From Lama glama (Eukaryota): a stretch of DNA of 64,000 bases. Location of the stretch: positions 4,900,001 through 4,964,000 of the forward strand of contig CM052816.1 in the NCBI GenBank assembly GCA_028534125.1, read 5' to 3'. Position 1 is the stretch's first letter; each line of letters starts with the position of its first letter. Positions 13,675 through 27,444 of this stretch are shown one piece after another. The position numbers and the translations under genes were made by a program. Under the pieces are notes generated by a model that was not told where the DNA came from, did not search any database, and saw nothing but the letters and a program-made list of their open reading frames with translations.

Positions 13675-13890
13675 CAAGTGTTGGTGAGGATGTGGAGAAA
13701 CTGGAACCCCTGTGCACTGTGAGTGGGAATGTAAAATGGTATAGTCACTGTTAGAAAAGTTCGAAAAGTTCTAGAGATGGACAGTAGTGATGGTGTGTCT
13801 TAGTGCCACAGAAGTGTACATTCTTAAATGACTAAAATGGTAAATTTTATGATATATATATATATATAGATATAGATATATATATATATC
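13598..13890 (+). mobile_element. Old L1 (L1MB-like) fragments with (TAAA)n and (AT)n tracts
   Basis: aataacaagtgttggtgaggatgtggagaaactggaaccc; (taaa)n at about 13640-13673; AT repeat at about 13851-13889. Confidence 0.75.
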
Positions 13891-14049
13891 GCTACACATG
13901 CAAGAAAAAAAACTGAGTATTTTAACCCCCAGATATAGTTGTCTTCCGACATTTTCCATTTGAGCATACTGTACGTCCATTCATTCATCTGCTCCAGCCA
14001 GAGAGCTGGGAGCCAGTCCTGACACCTCCCAACTCCTACCTGGCTTTCC

Positions 14050-14590
14050 TGCATCGGCTCAGGGCCCACCCTCTGCAAGTAATTCTCCAGCAGCAGCCAG
14101 ACTGGGCTTTTACAGACCTAAACTGGGTCCTGCCACCCGCCACCCTGGCTACGAACCTTCCACTTGCACTGAAAATCCCATGTGAACTCTTTCTAAAGCC
14201 GGCCGCCCTTGACCTCACCATGTTCTCCTTGTGCTGCGTTCTCCCTCACTCTGTACTTCTGTTAGTTCCCCAAACCAACCAGGATCCATCTTCAGGCAGG
14301 GCCTTTGCCTGGAACATTCTCTCCTCACCCTTTGCTGGCCACACACTCCTTAGACTTGAGGCCTCAGCACAGACGGCACTTCCTCAAGGGTCTTTCAAAG
14401 AGGCTACCTTGCAAAGAGTCCCTCTCTTCCATTATTCACTCTCCCCACAGCCTCCATGGCACTTCGTGTACATCTATATTTACATGTCTCAGGAGATGGT
14501 CAGGTGCTGAGGTCTGTAGTCCCAGCACGTATTGCAATGTCTGGCACAGAGCGGGAACTCATTTGTTGGAAGCAGAATAAATAAAAGAAT
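14050..14590 (+). mobile_element. LINE L2 3' region
   Basis: cagggcctttgcctggaacattct...tgtctggcacagagcgggaactcatttgttgga. Confidence 0.6.
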
Positions 14591-15759
14591 GCATGTTTTT
14601 TTAAGTCACCCAAACAATGGGAAGCGGAAACCCTGCCTTTAACCCAAACAGCCTCTGCCTTTTACTTTCTTAGACACTCGGACAGGGCTTTGCACAGTGA
14701 CCTGAAATCTGCCCCACTTACACCATCCCACATACCCACACTCATAACCACTGGCGTTGGACATACACACTCAAAGGCAGCCTTGCAAAAGGGCCCTGCT
14801 TTTCCCAAGATGGAGATAAGAGCGATGCTTGTTGAAGACAAGGCAATTGCTTGAGTTGTTTCATGCAATGATAAAAATCTGTTGGCCAGTGCCACACAGC
14901 CGTTCCCATTCCTTGGTTTTCAATGGCATACTGCCTGCTGTATGAGTTAACAAATTCCTTGAAACAACATGAGATCGGCAATATAGATGGAATATAAAAT
15001 TAGGTCTGCAGTTGCCAAGCTCCCTGGAGCAGTCCTGACTCCTTACCGCAGCAGTAATGATGAAGCCCGCAGCTCCCTGGCCATCCTTCTTCCCTTTGGC
15101 AAGCCATCCTCCTCTAGGTAATGCTCCAACAAACAGTAACTTGGGTAATGACCAATGCTACGGTGATTATTATTGTTATTATGGACTCCATTTTATTCTC
15201 ATTTAATTAGTAATTATTTTAAATTACATGGCTGAAGAGCTGCTACAGTGGGTGTTTCCGGCAGTCAGGGGCTAATTCTCCATCAGTGCAGAAATATTGG
15301 CTATTTTGAGTTCAGCCGTTAGACACCGTAGTGATGAACGCCTCTCAGTGCCATATGGTGTAGTCTAAACCTAGTGTCTTTTCACAACCACAGTTTCACT
15401 TCTATTACCATTACACAGAAATACATCAAGACGGTTTCCTCTCTAAACAGAGCTTCCATGCCAGCAGGCCCTTGAGTATTCAGGAGGAGGAAACCAAACT
15501 ACCCTGCAGCACAGATCAGTGCCAGTTCCTTTTTGCACCCCGCTCAGGTATGCTTAAGTTCACCACTTATTTAACAGGCCATAAAGTGCATGCATCACCT
15601 GTTGGACAAGCAAATCCGGTAACAAACCAGGGGTGAAATCTCAAACCCATGGGGCTCACCAGGGGTGATGCATGTGAAGCCACCTGGGTAACACACTGTT
15701 TATGCATTTTTAACGCTGAGGAGTGGCTTTATTTCTATGGAGAAATATACCCTCTTCAA

Positions 15760-17230
15760 ATAACAGAATCCAGGGAAAGAATAAGATGAGCTTGGAACAT
15801 CTTCTTGTGCCATAAAGTAAGGAAGTGCTCAATGACGAAGAAATGTCAAAAGGACATAGAAAGCAACTTGCAATGGCTCCCGCTGGCCAAATCTGGGATG
15901 TTTTAGCATTAAAATAAATAATGACAGCAAGAGATTAGAATCCAATGAATAAAGAAAGTACCCATGAATCCATACTGATAGAAATAAATGAATAAATAAA
16001 TGAGAAGGGAAAGCTCTTCTTTACAACAGACAATAAATGCAAAAGGAAAGCTGATGGTATCAGAAAGTTACCATTTGCTAACCATCAGAGTAATGAATTC
16101 AGTCAAGAAATGTCAGCATTTGCTAAACTCTAGTGGGTGAGAGACTGATGAGAAAGGAGACATATAGCCTGAAAGTATCTCCTCACAAGGCACTTAGTAA
16201 TTGCAAAAAGACTTTACAATAACTTTACAGTAGAGACAGCTGGTAGACACCAGTACAATAAGCGGATCAAAGTTAAAAAACACCAGTAACCAGACATCAT
16301 GAGCCACCCTATGGTATGTGATTTAAAAAAAAAAAAAAGGCATCTGTGACATTCCAGCCAAAACATATAACCTGGGTCTAACCATGAGAAAACAGATCAA
16401 GACCAAACTGAACTCCTGCACTCTACAAAATAACTGACCTGCAATCTTCAACCACGTCCAGTCAAAAAAACATAGAATTACCATAGGATCCATCAATTTC
16501 ATTTCTGTATAAATACTCAAGAGAAGTGAAAGCAGGGACTTGAAGAGATATGTGTACACTCATATTCAGAGCACCAATACTCACAATAGCCAAAAGGTGG
16601 AAGCAACCCACGCATTCATGGATGGGTGAATGAACAAACAAAATTGGTATATAATTACACAATGGAATATTGTTTACCCTTTAAAAAAAACAAAATTCTG
16701 CACATGCTACAGCATAGATGAAACTTGAAGATACCATGCTAAATTAAATAAGCCAGTCACAGAAGGACAAACACTGTATGATTCCCCCTATATGAGGTGT
16801 TTAGAGTGGTGAGATTCATAGAGACAGTAGAATGGTGGTTGCCAGGGGCTGGAAGGAGAGAGTAATGGAGAGTTAGTGTTTAATGGGCCGAGTTTTAGTT
16901 GGAGAAGACAGAAAGTTCTTGAGATGGATGGTGGTGATAGTTGCACAACAATGTTTCAGTGTACCTAATGCCACAAAAGTGTACACTTAAAATAGTTTGA
17001 ATGATTAGCACAATTTAAAAAACCAAAATGGAATTCAAGCTTTGGAGTTAAACCTGGGTTCAGGAGGCAGGAGGAAATTTTTGGAGATGGGTAAGTTTAC
17101 GGCTACAAATGAGTTTGTGGTAATGACAGTTTCACACGTGTATACTTATCTCCAAACACATCGAGCTGTATGCATTAAATACCTATAGCTTTCTGTATGT
17201 CAATCAGATCTCAACAAAGTGGTTTTAAAA
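15760..17230 (+). mobile_element. Nested old L1 3' regions (L1MC/L1MD-like interrupted by L1MB-like)
   Basis: 16460-17020 has atagaattaccataggatcc..aggtggaagcaaccca..agccagtcacagaaggacaaacactgtatgattcc..gttcttgagatggatggtggtgatagttgcacaacaatg; the flanks resemble L1MC/MD 3'UTR. Confidence 0.75.
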
Positions 17231-20044
17231 AACAAACGCATCTGTGTTCAAATTCTGACTGTGCCACTTACTCACTGCGTGACCCTATGAAAATTATTTT
17301 ATTTCTTTGAACCTCAGGTTTCTTGTTCATAAAAAGGGGATGCTATTCAAGTCTATAAGACAGGACTCTTCCGTGGCAGAAGATACTACATTTAGCACAG
17401 TGCCTGGAACATAGCAGGCATTGGATAATATTAGCAAGATGATAAATATCCCTAGACATGAGCTAACAGGCCACATGTGTTTAAAGAACTAAAGCTACTT
17501 TGGTGGGGTTGGAGTATGTGGTGCTGAGCGATGATGCTAGAATGAAAAGCAGATCTTTTATGCCGAGATGAAAGGTTTACACTTTGTCCTGAAGCCTGTG
17601 AGGAGTCACTGGAGGGTTGTAAGCAGTGGAGGGAAATATGAGAGAAGGAGAGAGGGCAGTAGGCATCTGTATGTTTCACTCCATCATGGGCTTTCTCCTC
17701 TCCATCAACACAGATAATTAAACTGCTGGCTTCAGGGAAAGCAAACCACTAAGGGAAATGCCACATGTAACACTCTTGTTTTGCATCCAACACCTTATCA
17801 GAACAGAGAACTCGGATATAAAGAAGTAACTAGCCACACAATAATGTCAAGTGAGGCTCAAACAAACTCCAAGAATACTGATCTGTCTTTATCTCCCACT
17901 TAATCACTGGGTGAGGAGTGCAGGGGCTTCCCAGGCTTCTGTGACTTAACCAAGGCTTCCCACTGCCTTCTCCATCTGTCTCCTAGCCTGTGCCAGGCTT
18001 TCTTTGGCCCCTGAACATCTGTGATGAGCAGGGCTTGGTCAGAAGCATTTTGCTGCACATTAAGGATGACCTGTGTCACATGACCTCATCTCATTTCAAT
18101 GTTCTAATGTGGTCACATTTTCATCACTCTCACTGAATGTCATTCTAAAGCAGCTGCTCTGTACTGATTTTTTCTCTCCATCTTATAAGGCTTCCGTTTA
18201 TGTGAAAGTCAAGGTAATGAAAGTAGCCAAAAGCACACATTTCTCCTGGGTAATCTGCACTTTTTACTTGGTTCTGCTCAGTTCTCTAATGAGATTTTTT
18301 ATTTAACTGGTTTTTCTAATTACCGAGGTAATACACATTTCACCTGGAAAATATAGAAAATATAGAAAACCACAAAAGAAAAAACAAGGCACCTATAATC
18401 TTATCAGCCAGATTTAATGCTCTGAAAATACTGGTATACATTCTTCTAGGTTTCTATTTTCTAGTTTTCTTTCTATGCATATTATTACTTACTCTTTTTT
18501 TTAAACTGGGCTCACACTGTACACACTGGAAAACTTACTTTTTAAATAATAACTAGGAATTAGTCTTCGTGTATCACATGCTTAATGTTAGTAGTCGTGT
18601 ATTGTGACCCTAACCCTATGTCATTAAAAATTATTTAAAAATGTGTTGTAATGACTCCACAGGACAACATCACATTGTGTATATCAGAGCCATGGTCTCC
18701 ACTGCCCAGGTGGCTGCCTACAAGCTGTGGGCCTGGAATGGGTGGGGTCTCCTGGAATAAGAGAAGCCATCTTTTCTAAGCCACACGATGGTACCACTTT
18801 GGCTAGAAAATGCCCAGGCATACAGAGGGAATGTAACCCAGCCAGTCCCATCACTGGAATATTTCAGGTCATTTCTAGTTATCACTATTACCAACATCTT
18901 TGTGCACATCTTGTTAAATCAAAGAATACCCAATTTTTAAGGTTTTTGTGTTGCTGAACTGCTTTCCCACCAACACTTCAGCGTGCTCTTTTCTCTACAA
19001 CTTCCCAATTCTAGATGTTTCCATTCTCTTTAGTCCTGGATAACTGGATGTGTGACAAGTGTACACCTTGAATGGGCAACTGTTGGGTTACTCAAGAGAA
19101 TGAATACTTTAAAATGTTTATTAGCAGTATGCATTTCTTCCCTTAAACACAGCCTTAGCCATATTTCTTGCCTGGTTTTCTATTGGGATATTGGTCTTAT
19201 TGATTTTAAGGGCTCTTTGTATTTCAAGAATGTTAACCCTTTATCTGCCACACATTTTTACACATTTACCCCAATTGTATGTTGTCCTTCAGTTTTGCTT
19301 TGGTGTTTTAAAATCTGATCAACATTTTTAACTTGAGAGTAATCAAATCCATCGATCTTTTCCTTATAGCTTCTGCCTTTACCATGATGATTTAAAAGGT
19401 TTTCTTCATTCCAAGTCAGATTGATTTCACCCATATTTCTCCAGTTTTTTTTACTATACATCTCATAACTGCAAGATACACTCTTTTTAACTGGGTTTCG
19501 TTTATAAGGTTCAGGGTCTGCTAATCTGTACTGAGCCATGTGCCTGCTTTGGCTGGTAGAGCATTGGATAGGAAATGGAGAACTGGATGAGGAAACGGGG
19601 CAATTAATCTTCACCAATGGTCTTAGCCTCTCTGTGCCTAAGTCCTCTATATACAAAATGTAGGAAATTACATTTGGACCCCAAGTTTTACCCTTTTTTA
19701 AATTATAAAATGAGACATGTACAGAGGGCTGTACAGTATGGTGAATAATAATACAAATGTTCATGTAACTGCCATCCATATTTTTGAGATAGAGTGTGAG
19801 GGGGAGGTGGAGGAAAGGAGGGTGGGTGGGAGAGAGGAAGGGAGAGTGACAGAAGGGATTCCTGCAGTGCGTCCTTTCTCAAGGACACACTCCTCTTACC
19901 TCTTGACAGTCACTATCCTGACTATTGAAGTCTTCACTTCTGTGTTTTACGTGTGCTTTCAGCCTCCTATGTATTCATCACCTATCTTTCCTGTGTATTT
20001 CTTAACTTTTTAAAACTCTTTAAAACTCTTAACTTTTTAAAAAA

Positions 20045-20430
20045 GAATTTTTTTATTGAGGTTTAGTCAGTTTACAATGTTGTGCCAACTTCTGGTCAGC
20101 CTAATTCTTCAGTCATACATGAATATATATATATTCATCTTCATATTCTTTTTCACCATAAGGAATAAGATATTGAATGTATCTCCCTGTGCTACACAGG
20201 ATAAACCTGTCTATCTCTTTTATATATACCAGTCAGCATCTGCAAATTTCTAACTCCTAGTATATCCCTTCTCACCCTCCTCCCCCATAGCAACCACAAG
20301 TCTGTATTCTATGTCTGAGTCTGTTTCTGTTTTATATGTAAGTTCACTTGTCCTTTTTTTTTTTTTTAGATTCCACATGAGTGGCATCATATGGTATTTT
20401 TCTCCCTCTTTCTGGCTTACTTCACTAAGT
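20045..20430 (-). mobile_element. L1 3' end (artiodactyl-type tail)
   Basis: ttttttattgaggtttagtcagtttacaatgttgtg...tagattccacatgagtggcatcatatggtatttt..ctggcttacttcact; ttcttaactttt on both flanks may be a TSD. Confidence 0.85.
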
Positions 20431-22510
20431 TCTTAACTTTTCTTCCATTCTTATCTATAATCCATTTGGGATTTATTTTATCATATTCTGTGAGGAATGA
20501 AAAGTTAATTTTCCACAAGTGGGCTACCAATTATTTCAACACTGTTTCTAGCATATTTTCTTCCTGAATCATTTTTTTAAAAGCAGATCTCTCAAGATGT
20601 AATTCATCCTCTTTAAGAGTATAATTCTATGAATTTAGACAAATACATAATGTGTAGTCACAACAATCAAGATACACAGCCGGAGTATTTCCATCATCCC
20701 CAAAAGTTCATTTGTGTCCTTTTGTAGTCAATCCCCCACCCCCACCTGACAGGCCCTAGCAACCACTGATCTGTCCTGTCCATATAGGTTCTGCCTTTCC
20801 CCGAATGTCAACCAAATATAATAATGCACTACACAGCATTTTGAGTATGACGTTTTTTACTTACCACAATGCTTCTGAGATTCAACCACTCCACTGCTTG
20901 TACCAGGAGTTCATCCACTTCATTGATAAGAAATATTCCACTGCAGGGACATACCACAATTTATAGATTCAATCTTCCACTGTTAAGCATGATGGTAGCT
21001 GTAAGGTTTTTGTAGATGTCCTTTATCAGACTGAGGAAGTTCTAGTTTGCTGAGAGTTTTTATTATAAATGGATGTTCAATGTTATCAAAGGCTTTTTAT
21101 GCAGCTATTAAGCAAAGCATCTTGTCTGTCTGCCCTGGGAGTGACAGACTCTGCCACCCCAGAAACTCGAGGCTGTAGTCTACTATCCAGGGAAAACTGT
21201 CCAGGGAAGCAGTCAGGGCTTTGGGCCCCACATCCACTGATCCCTCTGAACTCTGTGGGCAACTGAGTTTGCTGCCTGACCCCTAGAAGCTTAGAGCTTT
21301 TGCTCCCTAAGGGAGAAAAATCCAGGGAAGTTCATGGCATTCTGTGTGCCCAGCATCCAGTGACTGGCTCCCCCTGCTTGCACCTCAGAGGTGGGCTGGC
21401 AAAAGCCAGTCTCGTTCTGCCCTCAATATTTCTGTGAGCACCTGGCAGAAGTCTGTGGCAGAGTCTGTAGTCGAGTGGGAACTCCTCCGCTACCTCAGCT
21501 TTTCCAGCTTCACACACTCACCCACATGTGTTACAACTCAGCCGTTTTCTTCTCCCAGGTGGACAGAGGCGGTGCCTCTGCTCCCTGTGCTCTGCCAGAG
21601 CGGAGACGGTTTGTGAAGCCGCTCTCTCCTCGGAGGGACTTCCTGCTTGGCTGCCTCACAACCTCAACTGTCCCATGGGCTCAACAAAAATAATGATTCT
21701 ATAATTTATCTATCATTTTGTCATTATTAGGGCACAGGCAATATGCTTAGCAGCTTTCTGAATCTGAAGCATAAGTATAAAGCATTTCAAACCCACCTTT
21801 ATCCTAAACCAAATGTGTATACTGGAGCCTATTTAGGGGACTATTTTTATTCTTACACAGAATCAAGCTGCTTTGATAATAAATCTTTCTTTCTAGCAGT
21901 GTAAGTCACCCTTCAATCTTCTAAAAATTCCTCAGCCTTTTATTAAGCTTCCCAGGTGACCTTAGGATTATATTGTCTAGTTAAAAAAAAATACTTTTGA
22001 CATTTTTATTAGAAATGAAATGACTGAATTATTGAGTTATGCCATCCAAGAATGTGGTATGCCCTACCATTTATTTAAGTCTTCAAGTCTCCCAGGAAAG
22101 TTTCACAGTTTTATTTATACGGGTTCTGCATACTCTCCTTATGTCAAGTTTATTCCTAGCTATTTTCTATACTAGTTTCTGTTTCAATGCCTTTTTAAAT
22201 TGTATTTTCTGATGATTGTTGATTTAAAGCATAAGCACTGACTTCTGAATACTGATTTTGTAACCAGCTGCCTAACTGAACTCTCCTTACTTCTAATAAT
22301 TTTTCGGTTGATTTTCTTGGGTTCCTGGATAGGCAATTACATGCAACTAATAATTTGTCTCTTCCTTTCCAAAGATCTTCCTCTGATTTCATTTTGTCTT
22401 ACTGCTCTGACTGAACTTCTGGGAAATATTAAATGACCACGGAAGTGGGCATACTCGACTTGTACCTGACTTTGGTGGGAAACCAGAGCTTCATCAAGAA
22501 AAATGATACC

Positions 22511-23128
22511 TGAGGCAGACACAGTAAACTCCTTCGAGCTTGTATTTGAAATAGAAGAGAAAAGAGCAGCCCCTGACATTCGGAAGCTGGCCAAGCACTC
22601 AACGCTGGCCATGCTGTTCTCTTGTTGGACATAAACCATCTCACGGAATACCATCTCAGACAAGGTCATTCTGAGAACATGATTAAATGAGATAAATGAG
22701 ATGATGCAAATACACACCATAATTCTGTCTGAGAACAAAAATAAGGTCACTAGGCCATCCACAAAATACCAAACATCTCCCTCTTGTCTAAAATGAGTGA
22801 CTGTTAATTCTTTACCAATTAATCACATCTTTTTCCGCACCCTAGTTTGCCCTCTCTATACATAAAATTTATTGAGATACTCAGTCACATAATTCCCCAC
22901 CCCAACTTTCTAATGGCATCCAACCCGGGCAAACCCTAGCTTCCTTAGACCCCCCACAAGTCACCTAACCAAAGCCCAGATTCTATAATGGGTTCTAGCT
23001 ACCATCCTCCTGCTGAGGATTCCCCATGGTTCCCCACAGTGTGTTCTCCCTTGATGTGACAAGTAATAATCCTGACTTGTTCAACTATAATTGTGTTCAC
23101 AGTGGTCTCTGGCTGTGGGACACTGAGA
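22511..23128 (+). mobile_element. Solo ERV-type LTR inserted in an old minus-strand L1
   Basis: Starts tgaggcag; LTR-like blocks (gcagcccctgacattcggaagctggcc, gtgactgttaattctttaccaatt, aataatcctgacttgttcaact..gtggtctctggctg). Subfamily not determined. Confidence 0.55.
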
Positions 23129-26100
23129 TGTTTTAGGACACTAAAAAGTACAATTCTAGACTTCTTTAGTTAAGGTTTAGTTATAGGGCATTTCTGCCAG
23201 TCACAGATACCCATGCCTGGTTCAGATTAGGAAGAAAACAGAGTGAGGAGAGGGTTTGCAGACTGGGGCAGTGGGGGGGCAGGTATACATTCTAGTTCTT
23301 GGGCCGACTTAGAAATTCTTTGACCTATCTAATATCTTTAATAATTCCCTTTTGCTTAAGTTAGTCTTAACAAGATGCTGGAATGGAACAATGGCTGCTT
23401 TAGACTGCGGCACCACTACGATAGGCATCAAGATGCTGAAATGACTGTGAGAACATAATTTCTTAACTCCCAAGTATTACTCAGGTTCATCTTTTGGTCA
23501 ATTCTAACCCAGATCCATACAGAGAAATAGAACGATCCAGCACAGTTCTACAGAGGACTGTCTGTATGTTTTATGCCCTTGTCTATAAATATCATTTTTA
23601 ATTGTATTTCTTGATTGGCTTTACAGGATCTATCCATTTCAATGATTTTTTCCCCCAAGGAGTCAAGAGTTAGGAGTGTCTTATTATCAAGTAGATTATG
23701 TTTAAACTTTCTTAAAAAGAACATATTTCTGGGTTTAGGGCAGTATACTTTTTAAAGTGGTCTATATAATTCTTATTTGAGAGAATCTGAGGTCTTCTTT
23801 GTAAATCAATTTTACAACTGTAGAATCAATTTAGATTCTACAACTGCAGAATCAATTTTACAAATTTTTACAGACATTTGAAAAGGACGGGTGTTCTCTT
23901 CAGGGTATGAAGTTTGAAACACTTATCACAGCTATTACTATGCAACTAACCACCTTCAATCTCAGGGGTTTAAAAAGTAAGAACTTACTAACTTCTTCAT
24001 GAGTCTGCAAGGTCAGTTTGCAGTGGTTTTCCTACCCTCAGCTGGTCTCACTCATGCTTCGATCATCAGCTTTTGCTGGGTCGGCAGGTATGCTGATGTC
24101 AGCAGGGCGCTCTCTCTGTTTAACGGCCGCTTGGCTGTAAGCTGGGGGTCATAGCTCTCTTCCTTGGGCTCTCTCATCCTGGAGCAGGTCAGCCTGGACT
24201 TGTTTACATGGAGAAGCAGATGTCCAAGACAGAGGAAGCAAACAAGGCCGAGGCTGAAAACCTACAGACTGTCACTTCTGCCACATTCTGTGAGTTGAAG
24301 TCACAAAGTCAGCCCAAACCCAAGAGGTCAGAACAGACTCCACCTAATAACAAGAGGACCTTCGAAGTCACATTGTAAAGAGGGTACATATAGGAAAAGA
24401 GTGAAGAACCACTGCCAGATAGATAAAATGAACTTAAATCATTTAAATCAGAATGTCTTACCCTGGAGTCCACTGTGGAAATTTAGAACTTTTAGATGAC
24501 CTTCAGGAGGTTTAGAAATTGTCTCAAATTGACTGAAGAATGTGTTCCTCCATACGTACATTAAACAACCCTTAGGTTCATTTAATGCCTTTTCCTTAAA
24601 TTCCACTTCGGTTGATATTAATATTGCCATCCCTTACTTTCCAGAGTGGAATTTTTATGAGTCTCCTTTGGCCATAAGTGAAAATAATAATTCATTCAAG
24701 TCCCTATTGAACAAACATAAAAAACATTTTACTTGAGTACGTATGATTCACTTACCAATATGTCCTCCCTTCCATCCAATGTATCTGTGATTCCGTAACA
24801 GATACAGCCTAAGTTATGTATTAATGTAACTTCCTATAGGCTGCTTTGCCCTCTCTCTCTGAAATCTGACCCTAGACAGCTACATCAGAGACAGGCTTAA
24901 CAAGAGGTGCCCACTCCTAGAGGTGTTAATAATATCACCTCCGCAATTGTGTCCTGCTTTAGACTTTTTCTGGAAGGTCACCTACTCCAAAAACATTTCC
25001 TGTTTTAAACCTGCACATGTGACTGAGCTCTTTTTAATCAACTAAAATTGTTATTAAAATGAAATGCTTGGGGAAAACTAATCATTTTCCATCACTTATA
25101 GAAAAACACCTCCATTTTATTTTGCAATGTTCGCAAGACACTCTCTTCAAATGTCTTTCCCCTCAGGCTTAGCTGGGGACTCAGAAAGTCAGCTCCAGTA
25201 TATTCCCCATCCACATCCCACATCCCACATACATCTTAACTTGTAGAAGGACAAAGTGGTTCTAACATTTATACCATTGAAAACAAAACTCAAAAGTTAG
25301 CATTCTGACAACATAATCCTTTACTGATCCACACGACATTTTTCATTTTTACCCTTTCCCTGTCTCTTCAAAAAAATAAACTTTCCCAAAAAACCAGTGA
25401 CTTTTTCAGGGCACTCCAACGTCTGCTCCCATAGCCCCATTCCTCTGCTTTCACAGCACACAGCACAATGAACACTTGCAATTACTGATTTATAGTCTGC
25501 CCTTCCCAGCAGAGTGTGAGCTCCATGGGGCAGGAGCTGATTCCTCTTTCGCTGCATGTATGTTCAGCAGCAGGCATACAATGGCTGTCCAATAAAATAC
25601 GTTGAGTTGAAAAAAACAAAAGCTAACCTTTGAAAAAGAAAATCTGTCATATGATAGCAATCAGGCTAACAGTTACCTTTAGGGAAGAGAGGTAGGTAGT
25701 GACTGAAGGGGGCATGAAGGGGACTTCAGGGTTGCTATCATGCTGTTTCTTCATCTGGTTACTCAGCCATGTTCACCAATTGGTCGTTTATTGAGCTAGA
25801 CTTGTGACTGGTGCATTTTCTGAATGTGCTACACTCCAACAAAAAAGTTTAAGTCTATCATAATTCTCTGCCAAAGAAAGGAAATTACAAGCATTCAGAT
25901 AATGCCATTAAAGAATAGTTAATAGACATTAGTTTCTGAAAATGCAAAGTTAAATTTTAAGTGGGGACCAAAATGTTCATTTACATTAGAAAGTGCACCC
26001 TCAGCCATGAAACTAACCAGATGTATTCAGTCACAATGGGAAAGATTCATTGAGATAATGTATATACAGTGCTTAAAATAGTGCTAGGTACATAGTGCTA

Positions 26101-26254
26101 CATGTTAGCTATCATTACACTTTTTAACACAATAGAAGCAGTTCCAAATGAAGACTTAACCTATCGCAAGCAAACTTCATTAGAATCCAAGGTTTGTTTC
26201 GTTTTAAATAGCTTTTGTGTGTGTTACTATTATTTATATATGTATCTTTTCAGA

Positions 26255-26362
26255 GGGCGGTTAATGAAGTTTATTTATTTAATGTTAGTGGAGGTACTGG
26301 GGATTGAATACAGGGCCTCGTGCGTGCTAAGCACGTGCTCTAACTCTGAGCTATACCCTCCC
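26255..26362 (-). mobile_element. Camelid tRNA-derived SINE (vic-1-like)
   Basis: Reverse complement gggagggtatagctcagagttagagcacgtgcttagcacgcacgaggccctgtattcaatccccagtacctcc plus A-rich tail; tRNA-like A/B boxes. Confidence 0.85.
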
Positions 26363-27444
26363 ACTTAACTCTTTCAAAATAGCTTTAACAGCCTGACTGA
26401 AGCAGCACCTTCATCTACATAATTTATAGTTATGGAGTCCACGTTACCACTTCACATGTTTTAGTCACAGCCTAGGAAGTCAAAAACTCCAAGGCTAAGA
26501 CTCGTGGTACACCTGCACTGAAAGCGAGCCCAGAGACCACCTGGCCCAGGGACTGTCCAGCCGCTCATCACCAGGGCGCTCGTTACAAATGCAAGCCCCT
26601 GGTGTCCCGCTCCAGATCCTGACTCACTCAGCCTGAGAGCCGGGTCCAGGGATTTGCATCTTCCAGTAAGTCCTTCAGGTGGTTCTGAAGAAGGCAGTCT
26701 ACAGAGCACACCGAGTCTCTTGTTTTCCAGACGGGTGGCATAGAGGCCAGGGAGGAGGAGATCTGCCCAGAGTCTCCTTTCTAGTTAATGAGCGTGCCAG
26801 GACTACAATGAGGGTCTCCTTCCACCACTCCCCTGTCATTTCCGAGATTCCATGCTGCAATAGCTTAGGACCCAGAATGAATCTGTCCTAAACTTCAGTG
26901 GCTTATTTCACTGAGCCCTTTGCCTTTTTACCTGCACATTAGGTTAACTACAGAGGCACAGAAACCCACCTATATATTCATTAGGTCTGCAGAACCAGGT
27001 ACTTGAGAAACCTTGAGTTTAAATCATAGCTTCAATATTCACACATTGTGTGACCCTGAGATAGTTATTTGAATTTGTGTGTTTAGTTTCTTTATAAAGT
27101 AGCAAAACAGTATCTACATTTGCAGGATGTTGTGAAGAGCTGTAAAAAATAGAGCACAGAGCATGTCAAATAATGAGGTTCCAATTAACAGTAGCTATTA
27201 CTAATGCCACCTTCAAACATGGCACTAACACTACATTCTTCATTCAACTAGAGGGGTATTCTCAAAGTGTGGTACCCTACAACAGAATCACCTGTAATTG
27301 CTTGTTTAAAACATACATTTCGAGTGAATCAGAATCACTGGGGCAAGACCCAGACGTCTGTATTAACAAGCACACACCCCAGGTTCTACCTCTGCAAAAA
27401 ACTGTGAAAAACAGTGGGCTGTGAAAAGAGTGCCTCTTGTCAAT

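Noticed and set aside
15331..15420. C/D box snoRNA (GTGATGA)
   Set aside because: No D box (CTGA) at suitable spacing, no terminal stem, and no host intron.
19258..19779. 173-aa minus-strand ORF
   Set aside because: It runs across old L1 and MIR remnants with no recognisable domain or exon structure.
24779..24806. Hairpin tgtatctgt...acagataca
   Set aside because: A single 9-bp stem is expected by chance in 64 kb and has no supporting context.
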